A DNA stretch of 64,000 bases from the human T2T-CHM13v2.0 reference genome, Homo sapiens (GCF_009914755.1 NC_060948.1); one strand, 5' to 3'; numbered from the stretch's first letter, positions 14,331 through 28,563 are shown. The notes: generated by a model from the letters alone, not told the origin. Translations and numbers: made by a program.

Positions 14331-15174
14331 TTCTGGAATACAGGCTCTTCAGGTTTTTATTGCATGTTCCTTTACATGCCAAAGAAACTGACCTTGGCTT
14401 TTTCTGTTCTCACAGCAGGATCACAAAACTCTTGACAGGTCCTCTGTGCCTTATCGATCCACAGACACCATAGAGACATCTTTAACATCCTGCCAACTCC
14501 ACACTCTTTCAAAGTTCTACTCAACAATTTATCAAACTAGTGTCCTCCCCCATAAATGTCCTACAGTTCACACAAAAGACACTAGCCTCTTGAGGGAGGC
14601 CTTTACAATTTTCATTGACATCAGTCCTTTCAAGTTACTCCATGCAGCTAAAATAAAGCCATCTTTTCTCAATGTGTTACCATGTAACCTAAGAGAACCT
14701 TGCCCCTGCTTGTGGTCTCCTTTCCTTTACAGGGTTCACTCAATATAAGCTTTCTCCATAACTCACAGACTTACCCACTAAGATAGGAAGGGTATTCCTA
14801 CATGTGCACATAGCTGACCAAAGATGTGATCTCTGAATCTCAAGTAGTCTTCATTCCCTTTAAGCTGATTGATTGAACAAAGGAAATAGACATCACATTC
14901 TAGGCTCTTTCAATTTGAAATTATATGACTTAACATATCACAATTCCCATAAATGTATTTCATTCACATTTTATCGAATTAACAATAGTAGCTCCTACAA
15001 TTATGCATAACTAGTTATTTAGCAGGGCTCCAATATGGTACACAAGTACAAACAAAATTGGAACTTAAGCTTACGGAGATCTGAAAGTTCCCTTGGGTTA
15101 ACCTTTTAAGGAAAGAGATTATGCAGGATTACTTTCAAAGGGACTTCAACAATTTCACTTAAACATTTCATTTT

Positions 15175-15764
15175 TGTTTGAAATACTTCTTCCATGCCCT
15201 TAAAAAAATAGCACTTGAACATAAATTTAATTTATTTAGTAAGGCTATTTTTACTTCCTGCAGAAAGGGTACACTTGCCAGAAGTTTTGCCATGACAGTA
15301 CACTGAACAAAGGAGACGACAGGGTCATTTATAACCTGACGCGTCCACCCTACTGCTGTGTCCGGTTTCCATTGGCTGGAAGGAGACCTCACATTCTGTG
15401 TTTGTCCCAACTGGCTAGCAACTTAGAACTTTTTAAAAGAGGCAAAAGGAGAGGAGAACAAAGGAAGGAGGAAGTAACTTGTGGAATGCTGAGAAGGGTA
15501 AAAACACTTTTAAGTAAGGAAGAGGAACAGGCTATGACCTAATGCTTGCTTGGACCAGTATAAGCATGCCAGGGCAAATATTTAGGCTAAATTGTGGGAG
15601 CTAAGAACATAAAGTACATTGATTTCTTTATGACGGCTAGCAGATATTTCAGAATGTTAGCACAGGTATTTGAATACATTTTGCTTCTAAGAGAAGTTAC
15701 TATTTATTCCTAATTAGACGGGGAGGAAAGTCTTTGAAGAGGAACCTCTACTTTAATTTTTACA
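15175..15764 (-). mobile_element. LTR10 (LTR10C-like, HERV-I) solo LTR
   Basis: Reverse complement starts tgtaaaaattaaagtagaggttcctcttcaaagac; CCAAT and TATA boxes present; 5-bp TSD ATTTT. Confidence 0.85.
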
Positions 15765-16082
15765 ATTTTCATTTTTATTTCATGGTATTTTCCATTTAAA
15801 AACTGATCATTATCTAAGACTAGTTTCATCATAAAAGAGTTTTGTTTTGCTCAGGAAGCACAATCTACTAGAAGGAGGTTATTACTTTATGATCAAGTAG
15901 TCACCAAACTCTTCTCTTGCTGCTAAACAACAAATTATGTATTGAATGCCATCCTAAGTAAGCTTATAAATCTCTGCCCCCATTCTGGAATAGTTGCCTT
16001 TTGTAGAGGACACATACAATGAATAAAATCCCTACAAATTATGGACCCATTTCACCAACAGTGGAAACCATTCTAACTTGAA

Positions 16083-16152
16083 CATACACACTCCCACATA
16101 CACATCTGTGCATGCACACACACACCACACACCACACACACACACATACACA
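16083..16152. repeat. Imperfect (CA)n microsatellite
   Basis: Directly visible. Confidence 0.85.
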
Positions 16153-17564
16153 TCATGTTTAAAGAACATTTTCATTGCTTTGAACATTTTTTTCTATGTA
16201 ACTTCTCTTCAGACTTTATCTAAAAACCTGGCATCCCTTTAAACTTATTAATACTTTTTCCATCTTGGGAACTTGAGAGAATCCCAAAGATTTTTTATCT
16301 TATTACAGAAATTTAAGTTTCACAGAAAGATTCTAAATATTTTATATTAGCCAACCATTTAAAGAAGACTCTTCAACTGAAGATATACAAAATTCCTTAA
16401 AATGAGTTGCTTTGATTAACCAAATCAGCCTCTTTAGAAATGTTTTATTCAAATTACATTTAAATGTCTATGCTTCATAGGCAAATGCTTTAGACACAGC
16501 AAATTCACCATAACTTTGCCTGTCCTTATACACACATCTACCACATAACAGGGCCTCCAGCAAGGAAAAGTAATAAACAGATTCAAGAAGGAACTCTTTG
16601 TAGTCAAAAGCTGTTTCTGACCTATGCTGCATATTCACGGGCAAAATGAACAAATCTGATATTTGATGATATATTTGCTAGAATCTGGTACCATATAAGG
16701 AACTTGTTCATATATTACTGACATAGCAATTTCAATATGAGTTGTCCTGTCCTTCTACATATACCTGCCACATAATATGTACTGTAGATCACAATTATAC
16801 ACTTCTTGCTCTCAGGCACTTTTAGGTCTAGGTTGCATATTCCATATAAAAGATGGCATGTGTGACCGCTGATGTTCTCTTGCTCTTATCAAGAACATCA
16901 GACTGTTTACTGAGCTTTCTGAACTTTCCTGAATCAACAACATAGATAAGTCCTCTATATCACCCAGTTTTTAAGATAATTTCAAAGGTTTTCATGTAAT
17001 TTCTAAAGCATAGGTATTTATGTTCATACCATAAACAAAAGCCCTTGAAAAGGTTCATTACATTTTTAATTGCACCCATTATTGGTGCAATTGAATTGCA
17101 CCAATTAATTGCAATACTAGGTTCCCTTTCCCCATTTTGTGCTATGCTGTTTTTTACAGAGATCCCATCCAACAAATGAGATTCTACTTTGAATGCACCA
17201 CAAGAAGATATTTTTTGCTTTTTGCTACATACCTATTTTGAGCTCATAAAGCAATTTCTGTTTCTCATGACTCATTAATTAAATTAAATTGAAAATGTCA
17301 ATACCTAAAATTTCCAATGCTTCCCTCATATTTTTAAACAACTTGCAACCCTATTGTCCTCTCTTAACAGTTATAAACAGACCATTCCTTAAAATATATC
17401 TGTACCAAATATGAAGACTTAATGATGTCCAGGAGAGTTTATACATGAGTCCTCAGAACTTTACAATAAACAACTCCTTAACAGGGTTTTCTTTTTTAAT
17501 CTTACAATTCATAAACCACATCCACAAAAGAACAGCTTTGATTTATAAAATTTCACTTCTTCTG

Positions 17565-18435
<871 letters not shown>

Positions 18436-20141
18436 TTACATATTAAAAATTTATGGCATTTCTTCCCCTTATGTAAACATCAGCCAGCCACGTATCAAAG
18501 CCTGTAGCATGCCACAAATATATAAATAGTTGGGGATTATAGATGTAGTTTAAAGGTACTTCATATTCCTGTCCTTTGTCTTTGACATGTAGAAGATAGT
18601 TGACATTGGTAGATACATTGCATTCATCAGGAATTGATCTTCAGTAGCCTTTATTTTCCTTTCCTATCACAGACACTATAGGAAATCATGACCTTTCATA
18701 AGGTCTTTATATCAGAGATTGTCAAACTTCAAAATCTTTCCATGTCTACTTGCATTTCTTTGCATATATTGTATATAATTATTGAGTATATATTGATTCT
18801 TTCTATGTCAGAATAAGGCACACCTGAAAATTTATAATTCTTTACTTTAACGAGTCAATATTTACAAGATTCTATTTCTTTCAACTTATGCAGGCAACAA
18901 TAATGATTATTCTATAATGTGGGAGCAAAACAAATTATGACATAGTATATCCTGAAATTTACATACCAGTAATTTAACAGAGCCTCTGTTATATTTTTCA
19001 ATTTCAAGACATTTCAAACCCATGTGGTTCATCTAATTTTAATGCTGAAATTCTGTGATCATTGACAGAATATTCCTGATAGAAAACAGATTATCTATCA
19101 GCCAGCTCCTCTAGACTTTACTAATGTAGTTACATGAAAAAGTGTCTCTACATCATGCTGATTATATAATTTTTATAAAACATCTTTATAATTAAAAAAT
19201 AAAATATCTACATAAACTTATTTTTATTCAAGCCAAAAACAAAATACCTTAAAATGGATACCATATTTGCAATTTTATCTATCATTTGAAGTTTCATTGT
19301 ATAACTAAAAGACACACTACTCAAAATTGATGTAGTCTTGCACATTGTTATAGGTCCCTGTCCTGTCTTAGATTTTCTTGTACTTTGCCAAGAGAAAATC
19401 CAATAAATGTAATTCCTACAATTTGCAAACACATCATACTATTAAATTTAACTGCTAAGAGTTTTTCTTATGGTTGGGATTTAGATAGGATAGAAAAGAT
19501 CTTTTATCTTGGGTTCACACATGAAAAATCAGACAAATTAAAACTTACCCCATAGGGCTAATGAAGAGTGGTGAATTTAACAATGTCTTGATGAACTGAA
19601 TCCCAGAAAGAAACAAGCCCTTGGTGTGTAAACTGAGATTCATGGTAGCTTTTATACCTGGGGCAGGCAGCTAGGGTGGAGAGGATCATACTTGCCATTA
19701 ATAGGCAGACTATGCTGGGAAAAAGGAAATCAAACATGCTTAAACAACAGTGGCCAAATCATGAAGAAAATGAATAATATTTTACTCTGCATCAAATAAG
19801 TAGTTTAATTGAGATACTTTCAGAGGAGAGAAATTGTACATTGGAACTTATAGATTCATTTATTGTTTTGGAGAGTCTATATATATTTGGGCTGATTAGT
19901 TACAATTTACTTAAAAAGTAGTAGAGTCCAAGATGGAACAGGAAAATAATAAAACTTTTATTTCATGAAGAGAGTAAATTTCACAAAGATGCATATAAAA
20001 ATAACTTTATGCCACAATTTTTCAATTTATTGAAGTTTAACTGACATACAATGAAAAACATATCTTAAGTATGCAGTCAGATAAAATTTTAATATATATG
20101 TGTATATTTGACATATATTTACATATATACACATGCACATA

Positions 20142-20299
20142 GTTATGGACGGAATTGCATCCCTCCCAAATTCATATGTTGAAACTCTAATCCACAATAT
20201 GAGTGTATTTGGAGATGTAGCATTTAAAGAGTTAAAGTTAAATGGGGCCTTAATCCAATATGGCTGATGTCCTTATAAGAAGAAGAGATACCAGGGATG
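20142..20299 (+). mobile_element. MLT1B-like LTR 5' fragment
   Basis: gttatggacggaattg..aaattcatatgttgaa..gtccttataagaagaagaga. Confidence 0.75.
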
Positions 20300-20329
20300 C
20301 TATCTTAGAATTGGCAAATATTCCAGATA

Positions 20330-20851
20330 CTATTCCTGAGTAACAAATAACTCAAAATCTTAGTGGCTTAAAACAAAATTATAGTGCTCAAACATTTGCA
20401 ATTTGTGCAGCATGTGACTGAGATTAGCTCATCTCTGCTCTACTTGGCATAAGGTGGAATGATTTAAAGTATGGATTTGGGGGCTGGATTTATCTAAAGG
20501 CTTGTGTATTCATATGTTTAGTAGTTGATGTGTGCTGCTGGTTGAGACCTATGTCTATTCTATGTTACCTGGGCTTCCTCACCACATGGTGAGTGGGTGA
20601 CAAGGACTACCATTCCAAAATAAAGAGGAAGATAGAAACCATAATGCATTTTATAATTGTATTGGAGGTCAAAGCAGTATGACTTCCATCACATTATATT
20701 TTTTGAGGCAAAAGCATAGGCCTGCCTAGGTTAAAGGGAAGGGGAAGTATATTATACCCCTTAATGAAGAGTAGCAAAATTCTAGAAGAACATAAGAGAA
20801 TGGATCTCTGATCTAAATGATGTGACAATTTTTGAAAAATACAATATGCCG
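20330..20851 (-). mobile_element. MLT1G/H-like LTR
   Basis: gtaacaaataactcaaaatcttagtggcttaaaacaa...ctgggcttcctcaccacatgg. Confidence 0.7.
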
Positions 20852-22168
20852 TAGCAATTTTCTGCATTTGAAGTAAAATCTTCAAACATGTGTATATTAA
20901 TTAATTTGGAGTAACCCTGAGAAGTGGGACCAAAAATTGAAGTGGAAAAAAAGCAAACTTATTATTTTGAGATCATACATTTTTTATATTTTTGAATTTT
21001 AAACATAATCTTCAAGCAGACTTTTAAAAATTATGCAAATAATACTGGCATTGCTAAGTACAAGTATTACTGGAAGTCAATGCATACACAAATTGTGAAA
21101 GAAACTGCTAGTTTTATAAATGGATAGAATCAATTCTACTGCTCTGATTTTACAAATGAGATAATAGCTACCCATTAATGGTGGCCATCTGCTGGAATTG
21201 TCAGATATTATCTACATTTTCAGATCATTGCTGAAATGCTTGCTCAGTTGCTTACTACACAGAACTGCTGTGCTCATAGATATATACTTACATTGTTGCT
21301 CTCAGGCCACAGTGTCATATACCATATGCAAAATGTTTTCAGAACAGCAGTAGAGAACTGTAGAGAATGCGATAAAAGGTCAACTTAATTCGTTAACTTT
21401 ATAGAAACAGGCAATGTGATTAGTAGGGCTGATCTCTAGAAGCAATTAATAAAGTTTACTTGCCTTGTGGAATTCATTAGGCTCCTTCACCTTCTTCTTG
21501 ACTTCAGAGCCCTGTCAAAGGGATGGTTTCTTTTCTGACCCTATTTTCATTTCCAAAACAGCAATTAAAGGTTTGTCTGATTTTAATCAATATAGTAACA
21601 TGACAAATGTACCTAGAAGCTTCTAGGATATCAATGTAAAGTACTTCATCCCATATTTCCTTCTTTCATTAAGAGATGTGATATTTAAAACTAATAAGGT
21701 GATTTGGGAAGAAAAATATAGAAAAAAGGGCATGGATAGTAGTGTAAATATAAAAGGCCTAAAAAGTGTGACTAGTGAGATGTAGGGGGTTAGTAATAGA
21801 AGAAAACACTTCAGTTTCACTATACAAAGGGTAATCATACTACTCTGTACTATATCAGCAGTTCTCATGCTATTACAAGTTTTTTTTTTTTCCTCCCCCT
21901 AGGTAACTAGCACATTTACTATCATGGGTGACAATTTTTTGAGTTATGGCTGGAGAACCTGACTTGTGAAAGCTCCCTTCATTGTGCTGGAAGAAACTCA
22001 GCAGTGTGTCCCAGAGAAGAATCCACACCAGTTGCATCCATTTCTCAACAGTGTAAGCAATTTCTAAAGGAAGTGTTTGGCAGTACCGTAGGTAGATGTT
22101 GGAAAATAAGTTAATGCAATTCTATGCCAAGCTGAGTTAATTCAGCACTGCAAACTTACATAATTAGG

Positions 22169-22621
22169 TGTGAACCCTAAATACCTGAGACAGGTCTCAG
22201 TCAATTTCAGAAGTTTAAGAAGTTTATTTTGCCAAAGTTAAGGATGAGTGCCCACAACACAACCTCAGGAGGTGCTGACGACATGTGCTCAAGATGGTCA
22301 AAGCGCAACTTGGTTTTATACATTTTAGGGAGATAGGAGACATCATTCAATTTATGTAAGATGTACATTGCTTCCATCCATAAAGGCAGGACAACTCCAA
22401 GTGAGGAGGAGGCATCCAAGGTAGATAAGAGACAAAAGTGGCATTATTTTAAGTTTCTGATTACTCTTCCCAAAGGAAGTAATCAGATATCCATTTATCT
22501 CAGTGAGCAGAGGAATGACTTTGAATAGAATGGGAGGCAGGTTTGCCCTAAGAAGTTCCCAGCTTGACTTTTCCCTTTAGCTTAGTGATTTTGGGGTCCC
22601 AAGATTTATTTTTGTTTCACA
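22169..22621 (-). mobile_element. MER4A-type solo LTR
   Basis: Homologous to 6861-7328; perfect 4-bp TSD TAGG. Confidence 0.92.
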
Positions 22622-23185
22622 TAGGTAATAATAACCAATAATTGGTTGTTTTTTGTTGGCATATATGGCTTAAAATTTTAAGTGAAGTAGAAGCATTTAG
22701 AAATATCAGCTTACTGTTACCTAAAATGGAGATATTAAATAAGAGAGTATTCTACCATTTTCCCATTCTACAGCCAATATTTCATATTATCCAATCAATT
22801 CAGACAAATGGGACATAATTACTCAAATTATTTTGAAAATACAATTTTTAATTACTAAATGACACAAAACAGTTTTTTTTTACTTTTTCAATGACTAGTA
22901 AAACACTATTTATAGAAATAGATATATACATGTCAAAGAACACTGTATTTAATACACTTAAAGCCATTCCAGTGGTTTCTTGTGTGGTTTTGTGAAATAA
23001 AATAATTTTAACATATTTACTTATTTAAATATTTAACATGGTAAAATATTATCTTTTAATATTTGATGGAAGAAATTTCATTTCAGGATCAATATTAAAT
23101 GTTACATATGATTTACTTTTCAAGTCCCAAAGTTTTTATTAAATGGCCATATTGTAGTGTCTGTTGTTCCCTTCTTTGTGTCCGT

Positions 23186-24282
23186 GGAGGGGGTGCTCAG
23201 GCATGGCAGGCTGCAGGTCCTGAGCCCTGCCCCACGGGGAGGCAGCTGAGGCCCAGCGAGAATTCTAGTGCACCCTCCGCAGCTTCTGGCCCCTCTCTGC
23301 CCCGTGGCCTGAGCTTCCCTGAAGGGTTCCACCCCTGCTCTGCAGCGCCCTGTCTCATCAACTGCCCAAGGGCTGAGGAGTGCAGGAGCTGGCGTGCAGC
23401 TCCGCCCACGGCTCCAGCAACGGATCACTAGGTGAAGCCAGCTGGGCTCCTGAGTCGGGTGGGGACTTGGAGAACTTTTATGTCTAGCTAGAAGATTGTA
23501 AATACACCAATCAGCACTCTGTGTCTAGCTAAAAGATTGTAAATGCACCAATCAGCACTCTGTGTCTAGCTAAAGGTTTGTAAATGCACCAATCAGTGCT
23601 CTGTCTAGCTAATCTAGTGGGGACTTGGAAACCTTTAGTGTCTAGCAAAAGGATTGTAAATGCACCAATCAGCACTCTGTGTCTAGCTCAAGGTTCGTAA
23701 ATGCACCAATCAGCACCCTGTCAAAATGGACCAATCAGCTCTCTGTAAAATGGGCCAATCAGCTCTCTGTAAAATGGACCAATCAGCAGGATGTTGGTGG
23801 GGTCAGATAAGGGAATAAAAGCAGGCTGTGCAAACCAGCAGCGGCAACGCGCTGGGGTCCTCTTCCACACTGTGGAAGATTGGTTCTTTCGCTCTTTGCA
23901 ATAAATCTTGTTGCTGCTCACTCTTTGGGTCGGCACTGCCTTTATGAACTGTAACACTCACTGCGAAAGTCTGCAGCTTCACTCCTGAGGCCAGTGAGAC
24001 CACAAACCCACTGGGAGGAATGAACAACTCCAGACGGGATGAACAAACAATTCCAGATGTGCCACCTTAAGAGATGTAATACTCACCGTGAAGGTCTGCA
24101 GCTTCACTCCTGAAGCCAGCGAGACCATGAACCCACCAGAAGGAAGAAACTCTGAATATGTCCGAACATCAGAAGGAACAAATTCCAGACACACTATCTT
24201 TAAACTGTAACACTCACCAGCGAGGGTCTGCGGCTTCATTCTTGAAGTCAGTGAGACCAAGAACCCACCAATTTCGGACACA
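23186..24282 (+). mobile_element. LTR12 (ERV9) LTR lacking the start of U3
   Basis: GC-rich U3, 41-bp and 24-bp CCAAT repeats, GATA and AATAAAA promoter elements, U5 repeats, end ccaatttcggacaca, no PBS after it. Confidence 0.93.
23481..23820 (+). promoter_or_regulatory. LTR12 enhancer/promoter: 8 CCAAT (NF-Y) boxes, GATA site, TATA-like AATAAAA
   Basis: CCAATCAG occurs 8 times; AGATAA at 23805-23810; AATAAAA at 23814-23820. Confidence 0.75.
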
Positions 24283-24895
24283 CTACCTTACTTAAAATTA
24301 TGCTACAAGGCTACAGTAACCAAAACAACATGGTACTGGTACAAGAAGACACATACAGGACAATAGAACAGAATAGAGAGCCAAGAAATAATACCACACC
24401 CCCACAACTATCTGATCTTCAACAAACCTGACCAAAAAAAGGAAAATATTTTCTATTAAACAAATAGTGCTGGGATAACTGGCTAGCCATATGGTGAAGA
24501 TTGAAACTGGACCTCTTCCTTACACCATATGCAGAAATTAACTCAAATGGCTTAAAGACTTAAATGTAAAACTCTAAACTATAAAAACCATGGAAGACAA
24601 CCTAGTCAATACCATTCAGGACATAGGCACAGGCAGGAATTTCATGATGAAGACACCAAAAGCAATTGCAACAAAAACAGAAATTTAAAAATTAGATCTA
24701 ATTAAACTAAAGAGCTTCTGCACAGCAAATGAAAACTATCAACAGAGTAAACAGACTATAGAATGAGATCATTATTTTTGCAAACTATGCGTCCAACAAA
24801 GATCAATATCCAGCATCTATGCGGACCTTAAACAAATTTACAAGAAAAAAAAACCCATAACAAAGTGGGCAAAGGACAAACAGACATTTTCTAAA
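24283..24895 (+). mobile_element. L1PA/PB ORF2 fragment
   Basis: ctacaaggctacagtaaccaaaacaacatggtactggtac and following L1 text. Confidence 0.9.
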
Positions 24896-24964
24896 ATAAT
24901 ACTAGTTTACTTTAATATTTTTCTTTTGCATTGACCTTTGGTTAAAGTGATTACTGTGTGTCTT

Positions 24965-25980
24965 TGAGATGGTTGTTCTCTATAGGATCTCACAAGATTC
25001 TCTGAAATTTTGTTTAAAATTTGACCTCTCTGGTGAGGTTGGAAAATTTTTTATGCACAACATCTTCAAATATGCTTTGCAAGTTGCTTGCTTTCACTCT
25101 CTTTCAGTGTTGCCAATGTGTCATAGCTTTGGTCTCTACTTAATGCTATATTTATCAGAAAATTTTCTGATTCTTTTTTTTTTCTTTATTTTTGTATGAC
25201 TTAGTTGATTCAAATACCCACTCTTCAAACTGTGAGATTCTTTCCTCTGCTTTACGTATTCTGCTGTTAATACTTTCAATTGTAATATGAAATTATTGTA
25301 GTGAGTTTTTCAGTTCTAGAAGATCAGCTTGGTTCTTTCTTAAAATAACTTTTTTGTCTGTGAGTTTTTGTATTATTTTCCTGGATTCTTTGGATTGGAT
25401 TTCAACTTAATCCTAAATCTCTATGATCTTCATTGCCATCAAGATTCCAATTCCTATGTCTGACATTTAAGCCACTTAAGGCTGGTTAAGAACCATTGCT
25501 GGGGTGCTAGTTCAGTCATTTGGAGGTAAAAGACAATGGCTTTTTTAGTTGCCAGAGATCTTGTACTGGTTCTGTATGAATGTTCCTTTAATTTTTGAAG
25601 TCACTGTCTTCTGAATGGGGCTTTTAGCTTTTATATTACTTTATGCCCTTCAGTGTTTGACTGTGATATAAGTTGGGTTCAGTCAGGTGGCTTCATTTCT
25701 AGATAATTTCATGGGGCCCAGGCTCAGCTCAGCACCACTGGGCTGCATGCTCCATCCGTGAAGAGCTGGGACCAGACCTACTGCTTTGTTGTCTTACGCC
25801 TTGAGGTTAACCACATGCTAAGCTGGAGGGGCCAAGGTGTTCCCAGTCCACTGGCCATGACACTCAAATTGGAGGTGCCAAAGAAAGTGCTTTATAGGCA
25901 CAGTAGCAGTGAGATCTGTTTTCATACACATATGTCAGCAGCAGTGGGGCAGCAATGTAGCATATCCTGTGCAAACATTT
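24965..25980 (-). mobile_element. L1PA13-16/L1PB-type ORF1 and 5'UTR fragment
   Basis: Antisense counterpart of ORF1 at about 60600-61150; homologous to 35773-36800. Confidence 0.75.
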
Positions 25981-28000
25981 TTGTGTGTGTGTGCGTCCTC
26001 AGCTGGCTTTGATATCTGGGTAATGCTGGTCTCATATAATGAATTTGAAAGTGTATTCTTCTCTCCAAATTTTTCAGAGTTTGAGCCAGAGTCATGTTCA
26101 TTCTTATGTAAATGTTCAGTAGAATTCATCAGTGAAGCCATTTTGTCTAGGACTTTTCTTGCTGTGAGGTTTTTGATTATGAATTATCAATATATGTACA
26201 TTTTTATTCTTCTTTATTGTTTTGATAAGTTATGTGTATCTAGGAATTTGTCCATTTCATTTATTCAGTTTGTTGGCATACCATTGTTCATAGAACATTA
26301 TTTTAAGCCTTATATTTACTAAATCTTTATTTTATTTATTCCATTTATTTTATGAAGTCAGTAGTAATGTACCCACTTTCAATGCTCATTTTAGTAGCTT
26401 GAAAAATCTCTTTTCTTATTAGTTAACTTACCTAAATGTTTCACAACTTTGTTTATGTTTTTGAGGAACAAACTTTTGGATACATGGATTTTTCTATATT
26501 GTTTTTCTATTTTCTCCTTTTAATTTCTCTGCTCTTATCTTTATTATGTATTTTTTCTACTACTTTTGGGTTTAGTTTCTTCTTTTTGTAGTTCCTTAAC
26601 ATATGAAGTTATGTTGTTGATTTCAGATCTTTCTTCTTTGATTTAATGCAATTATTTACAGGTACAAATTTTTCCCTTAGCAATGCTTTTGCTGCACTCT
26701 TCTTATTTACAGTTCTGTCTACCCTCATTCTATGGTATTGATTCCACAAATAGTATTTTTAATATATTCTGTGCCCACCAACATGTGTTTATAATTTTTT
26801 ATTTATCCTATATAAAATAAAAAGTGAAGTTACAAATAAAAATTACAACAATACTGGTTTTTGTATTTACTCATGTATTTACCTTTGGTGAAGATATTTA
26901 TATTTTCATAAATCTTTAATTTATTATCTAGCATCATTTTATTTCAACCTGAGAGACTTTCTTTAGCAATTCATGTAAGGAAGGTCTAGTGAAAATAGCA
27001 TTTTTCAGTTTTGGTTTACATGAGAATGTCTAAATTTTCTTCAATTTGAAGGGCAATTTTGTCAAATATAAAATATCTCATTAGACAGTTTTTTTCTTCT
27101 ATACTTTAAATGCATCATTCCATTGTCTCTGTTCTCCAATGTTTCTACTGAGAAATCTGCTGCATTTTTTATTGAAAAATATATACCCATTGTATATAAG
27201 TCCCTTTCCTCTTGCTGCTTTAATATTCTTCCTTTGTTTTTGCCTTCTGATAGTTCGATTATCATGTATCTTATTGTGGGTCTTTATGGGTTTACTTACA
27301 TAGAGTTTGTTTAGCTTCTTGGATTTGATGCTTTATGTCTTTCCTCAAATATGCAAAATTTTGGGCCATTCTTTCTTAAAATAAGCACTCTTCCCCTTTC
27401 TCTGTCTATATTTTCCTAGAACTCCCATAGTGCAAATATTGTTTTGCTTAATGGTGTTCTATATTTTTTTAGGCTCTGTTCACATTTCTTCATCCTTAAT
27501 TTTCCTTTTGATCCTCAGACAGGAAATTATCAAATATCTTATCTTTTATTTCATTAATTATTTCTTTAACCTGTTTGAGCCTGCTGCTCATTCTCTCAGG
27601 GAAATTTTTAAATATGGTGTTATATTTTTATCTTCAAAATTTTTGTGTGGTTCCTCTTCATAATTTATATTTCTTATTGGTATTCTCATTTATAGATTAT
27701 TTTCCTGGTTTTCCTTAGTCCTTTGTTTATGTTTTTTATTAGCTCTTTGATTATATTTATAATTGTTTTATGTTTTTTTGGCTGGTAAGTCAGATGTGTG
27801 TCTATTTTTCAGAAAAGATTTCTGCTATTTTATTTTCTTCCTTTGAACAGGGCATGTTTATGTTTCTGTGTATGCCTGTGGATATATTTTGTTGAAAGTT
27901 GGGCATTTTTTTAAAAAAATCAGTCACCTCTCCTAGTCTTTTTGAACTGGCTCTGTGCCTGGAAAATATCCTTCACTAATTAGCTGGGCATGTTCTAGGC

Positions 28001-28042
28001 TGTGTTAGATCAGGTTGTCCAAAAAAACAGGACCATTAGGAG

Positions 28043-28091
<49 letters not shown>

Positions 28092-28563
28092 CAAAATTTA
28101 TAAGATATTGGCTTACAGTATTATGGCTTACAAAATTATTGGCTTACAGAATTATGGAGACCAAGAAGTCCTGCAATCTTCCACATGCAAGCTGGCAACC
28201 CAGGAATGTTGGTGGTGCACTTTGAAGGCCTGAGAGCCAGAGAGCCAATGGTGTAGATTCTGGTCCAAATTTGAAGACCTGAGAATTAGGAGCACCAAGG
28301 GCAGGAGGATATTGATGTCCCAGAGCAAGCAGTCAGACAGAGAGTGAATTCAAGCTTACTTTGCCTTTTTGTTCTGTTAAGGCTCTCAAGAATTAGATAA
28401 TGCCACCTATGTTAGTGATGGCAATCTTCTTTACTCACATCACCAATTCAAATGCTAATCTCTTCCAGAAGCACCCTTAGAGATATGCTTAAAAATAATG
28501 TTTAAGAAGTTATTTGGGCATGTCATAACCCAGTCAATTTGACACATAATATCACCCATCATA
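28001..28563 (-). mobile_element. MLT2C/D-like (ERVL) LTR
   Basis: tgtgttagatcagg...caaatgctaatctcttccagaa...ttgacacataatatcacccatcata. Confidence 0.8.
28045..28088. repeat. Perfect (AC)22 microsatellite
   Basis: Directly visible, inside the MLT2 LTR. Confidence 0.95.

Noticed and set aside
16468-16653. 61-aa ORF in unique DNA, and the 100-aa ORF at 14446-14748
   Set aside because: No recognisable domain, non-ATG start codons, and lengths expected by chance.
23481-23790. CRISPR-like repeat array
   Set aside because: These are contiguous 41-bp and 24-bp tandem units without unique spacers, the standard LTR12 U3 enhancer repeats in a eukaryotic genome.
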